A stretch of 64,000 nucleotides of DNA from Glaucostegus cemiculus (taxonomy: Eukaryota), in the NCBI GenBank assembly GCA_976551045.1, contig CDPCPM010000007.1, forward strand, positions 8,494,001-8,558,000. Reading direction: 5' to 3'. The translations under genes were made by a program, and so were the position numbers. Below, one piece after another: positions 60,701-64,000 of this stretch. The notes below the pieces were generated by a model. It was not told where the DNA came from, did not search any database, and worked only from the letters and a program-made list of their open reading frames with translations. Positions within the stretch are counted from its first letter, which is position 1. Each line of letters begins with the position of its first letter.

Positions 60701-63700
60701 TAGCACAGACAGTCATTTTTCTTTTGGATTCTGCAGTGAATTAATCATTTTAGGTCAAATCGGTAAAAAGATTTACATTTTGAGAGGGGAATATATCATC
60801 CTAACAAATAAAAACCATTAGATAAATATTTTCTTATGCTATTTTTATCTTCCTTTCTTTGTAGCACTAAACACTTCTAACTGAACTGATCAATATTCTT
60901 GATGTTACTCAAAAATATTTTTAGCTTGAAGTATTGAAATGTGAAACACAAAGAGTGCAATAAAGTTGGTAACCAGACTTAGTCTGACATGTGAAGGAAT
61001 CAAAATCAGGGCCCGAATGGAAAATGCAGATCCCTTGATGCAGGTCTGCTTTACATATGGGGCAGTGGTATCGAATAGAAGTGGGTACAGACAAAATGGA
61101 AGCATTTTTCTGTGTGTCTAACAGTCTCATGTACATTAATCACCCTCCCTTTGTCTCATCCATGCAAAGAAGGATTAGATTTAAAATGATGACTGGTTAA
61201 TCCCTTTGATTTCCCTGTGCTAAATAAATATTAATCTACAAGTCAATCACATCTTGTATTATAATGCAAGGTGTATACAATATGAAAGTACTTAAAGGTT
61301 GTGTAAACTGCAGCAGATTTTACAAAGATCTGCTGAAAACATGATTCATATCCCCTCCACAAAAGAATGTTCCTGATCAATGCAAAGTTAGCAATTCAGC
61401 TTCTTACTTACAACTGAACCCCAAATCCATTACAAGTCAAGAGCATGGATCCAGTACATTATTCTGAACCACTAACGAACAAATATTAATGCCATGTTTA
61501 TTTAAGATTCAATACTCAGAATCTGTAATTTCACTTTACTTCAGTCCTCGTAAACCAGAGAGGCCACTTGGATCGCTTTGAAGGGCACCGTGAGCAGTAA
61601 GTGAGAAAACTGCTGTCCTCCTGCTTCTAATTTGTGCAGTTTTCCAGTCACTCACTACAGGTTTTGACATTTTTCACTCAAGAGTTATTTGTGTTCATAG
61701 CAGATCCTGATATAATTATTAGGTAATTTCTTTCCAGTGATGGTTCTTCCTAGAGCCACCTAACCAGAATTACCATAAATGTTAAGAGTTCAAAGCTGAT
61801 CTGCAACAGATCCAGCTTCAAGGCTAGTTCTACTGTAATTATCTTCATAAAATGTAATCACAGACCAGGTACCCCAGTAAACATTCCAAAGCTATTAGCA
61901 AAGTTTTAGACTCAAATCTCCAGCTAAGAGATAGGTGTAACAGGAATACATGACCTGAAGTTGTTTTAAAAAACAAGAAATTTATTCTATTATATAGAAT
62001 ATGGGCTCTATCCATAATTGCAGTTTAAGAGTAACCTTCTGCAAAGATACTCTCCTCCGTCCTCACGAAAATGAGCATGCCGAGAATGTTTTAAAAATGC
62101 AAGCACAGCACTACAAATACTGCAAAACAATTTAGAAGTTACACTTCTCTTTAGACTTTTGAGCCTGCAAAACTGCCGATATAGTGTACTATTTATTTTA
62201 AAACTGAAATTACCAAGTACAAAAAATAGGAAGTGACGTATGAACTCAAATGGTTTGGTGAAAGTTATACTTAAAGTACTAAACATAAATAGACCCCTCA
62301 AATGATAGTTCACATCTGTATACCGATTATAAATTAAACATCATCACTGTAAAACATTTAGGCCAATAGGAATCAAAGATTTAACTGCGACCAATGATTA
62401 AATTTGGCCTCCCACCCTCCATAAGCACGCTGCTTAAATGTTAGCACTTACTATTTAGCAGCTTAACATCATCCAACGTCAAGGTGAAATTAAACTGCTT
62501 TCGTAAGAATGTTTTGAATGCTTAAAGCACTTTACACACGTTCTTCGCGTATGCATTGGATTTCAGCTTGGTTTCATCCTGCATATTTTCAAGGGATTTG
62601 GCTTACTTTCTGCCATAGATTTTCTCTCCTTCCCTGAAGGTAATACGCCCTTCATGGAGAATGATTCCATTCGCCTTCTGGTACTTTTCCCAAGTTGCCA
62701 CTGCTCGTGGAAGTCCTGTCAGAAGCGCCAACCTGCCATTTGTTCACGTAGAGCCACACAGTTGAACCCGACACTGCCCTCATCCAACATCCCACACATC
62801 CGTCAATTTCAGCAGGGAACACTGGAGACTGGTCAGAAGCAGGAGCCCCGGCAGATGCACTCCCCTTCTAACCCGAGTCGGGCAGGTTTGTAGCCCCCAG
62901 CGCTGCACCAACAGACTCCACACAGACCAAGTACCGATTTATCCCTGTCCGCCCGCTCCAGCGACCTGCTCCCTTGGAATTTCTGTTTGGATTTCTCCCG
63001 GTCGCCTGCCACAACTTTGGCAGAATTGGTGGATTCCGTTGAAATTCGGGCGGAGAATGCCACGGAAATTCCGTAACGTAATGAAGCGGGTTTTTTTTTT
63101 TGTTTTAGCTTTTAATCACACTCTCTGCATTTTTATCCGCATATCATCCGCTTCCACGAATAATTACCTTTCACATAAACGTTTCATTTTCTTTTGTGGT
63201 ATCATTCTGAGGTTTCTCAAAATTCACAGTGCAAACCTCTGAACCATTGGCTGCAATGTCCGCTACAAAAAAAAAATGACTAATTGATTTTGCAGTGATT
63301 TATATTTTCGTAGGTTGGAAAATATTTCAGCGCGCCTGTTTCTCTCAGGAACATGACATACAACTGAAGTGAAAGTCTCATATCCCAACATCACTCGAAC
63401 CGGCATCGTCTTAACTGGCGAGCTGAAATACACAATAATGGGAAAGTGCTGCCTTCCGATGGGCTCCTCTAGAAGTGGACAACAATTATTAACTCAACCT
63501 ACCCTTCCTCTCTGACAGCAAGGAACAGCAAAAGTCAATTGCAAGCTAGACCCACATTGTCTGCACAACAAACGGCTGGTGTTGCAACTTTAAATATTCC
63601 ATTCCATAATAAATATGTTTTTAATTACTTCCTTACAGGCAGGCTTTAGTGACACGAAGATCCATAAGGTATCCTAAATTCTCTTCTTTTACTGATAATG

Positions 63701-64000
63701 TGCGAGGGGAAGGGAAATTCGGAAGGCGATTCTGTTTACAAAAGTAACACATGCCAGTCAAAGGTAAAACAAGATGACACAGTTGAGATGCTCCAGCTGA
63801 TTATTTTAGGAGCGGTGTAAATCTGCACAAAAATATCTGAATAATCTATCCAGGTTTATTAACTCAGTGCTGGTTCTATTAGAGCGATTAACAAATTGAG
63901 TTGTCAGATTATTAATGAAGGTAAATGATTTGTGAGAACAGCAGCTGAAGACTTCCTAGATGCAACAATGGTTAAAGTTTACCATAAGACACTACCTAAA
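54779..64000 (-). other. ZFHX4: Presumed upstream ZFHX4 intron (non-coding first exon not identified)
   Basis: The first coding exon begins at a splice acceptor, so the upstream sequence is intronic. Its 5' limit is not determined. Confidence 0.6.
62200..63420. promoter_or_regulatory. Locally CpG/GC-enriched candidate regulatory region upstream of the first coding exon
   Basis: CpG density at about 62640-63420 is visibly above the window background and no recognised repeat explains it. Motifs seen: AGGAAGTGACGT (62228), CCAAT (62363, 62391) and GGGCGG (63048). Function is not demonstrated. Confidence 0.35.

Overview
Eukaryotic, AT-rich vertebrate genomic DNA. The repeat content (HE1/V-SINEs, DeuSINEs, CR1, L2, Rex1/Babar, RTE and Penelope-like relics) points to a cartilaginous fish, probably a ray or shark; this is an inference. 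The whole window appears to lie inside the ZFHX4 gene on the minus strand. The first coding exon spans 54778-52152 (46-nt 5'UTR, ATG at 54732) and the next coding exon spans 50817-50315 (503 nt); both have canonical splice sites and join in frame. Positions 54779-64000 are the presumed upstream intron, and 1-50314 belong to the very long downstream intron, in which I found no further ZFHX4 exon. That intron holds a dense nest of retroelements at about 23.4-37.8 kb, a young 5'-truncated CR1 LINE at 12.6-14.8 kb, and repeat-poor blocks that may be conserved enhancers. I cannot claim a new protein-coding system. The most unusual signals are decayed hammerhead-ribozyme motifs in Penelope-derived repeats, including a TSD-flanked hairpin element; three upstream AUGs in three reading frames within 30 nt of the ZFHX4 start; a CR1-clade LINE carrying a tRNA/SINE-like head; and a degenerate ~37-bp minisatellite. 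All repeat family assignments come from motif recognition, not database searches, and the boundaries of old repeats are approximate.
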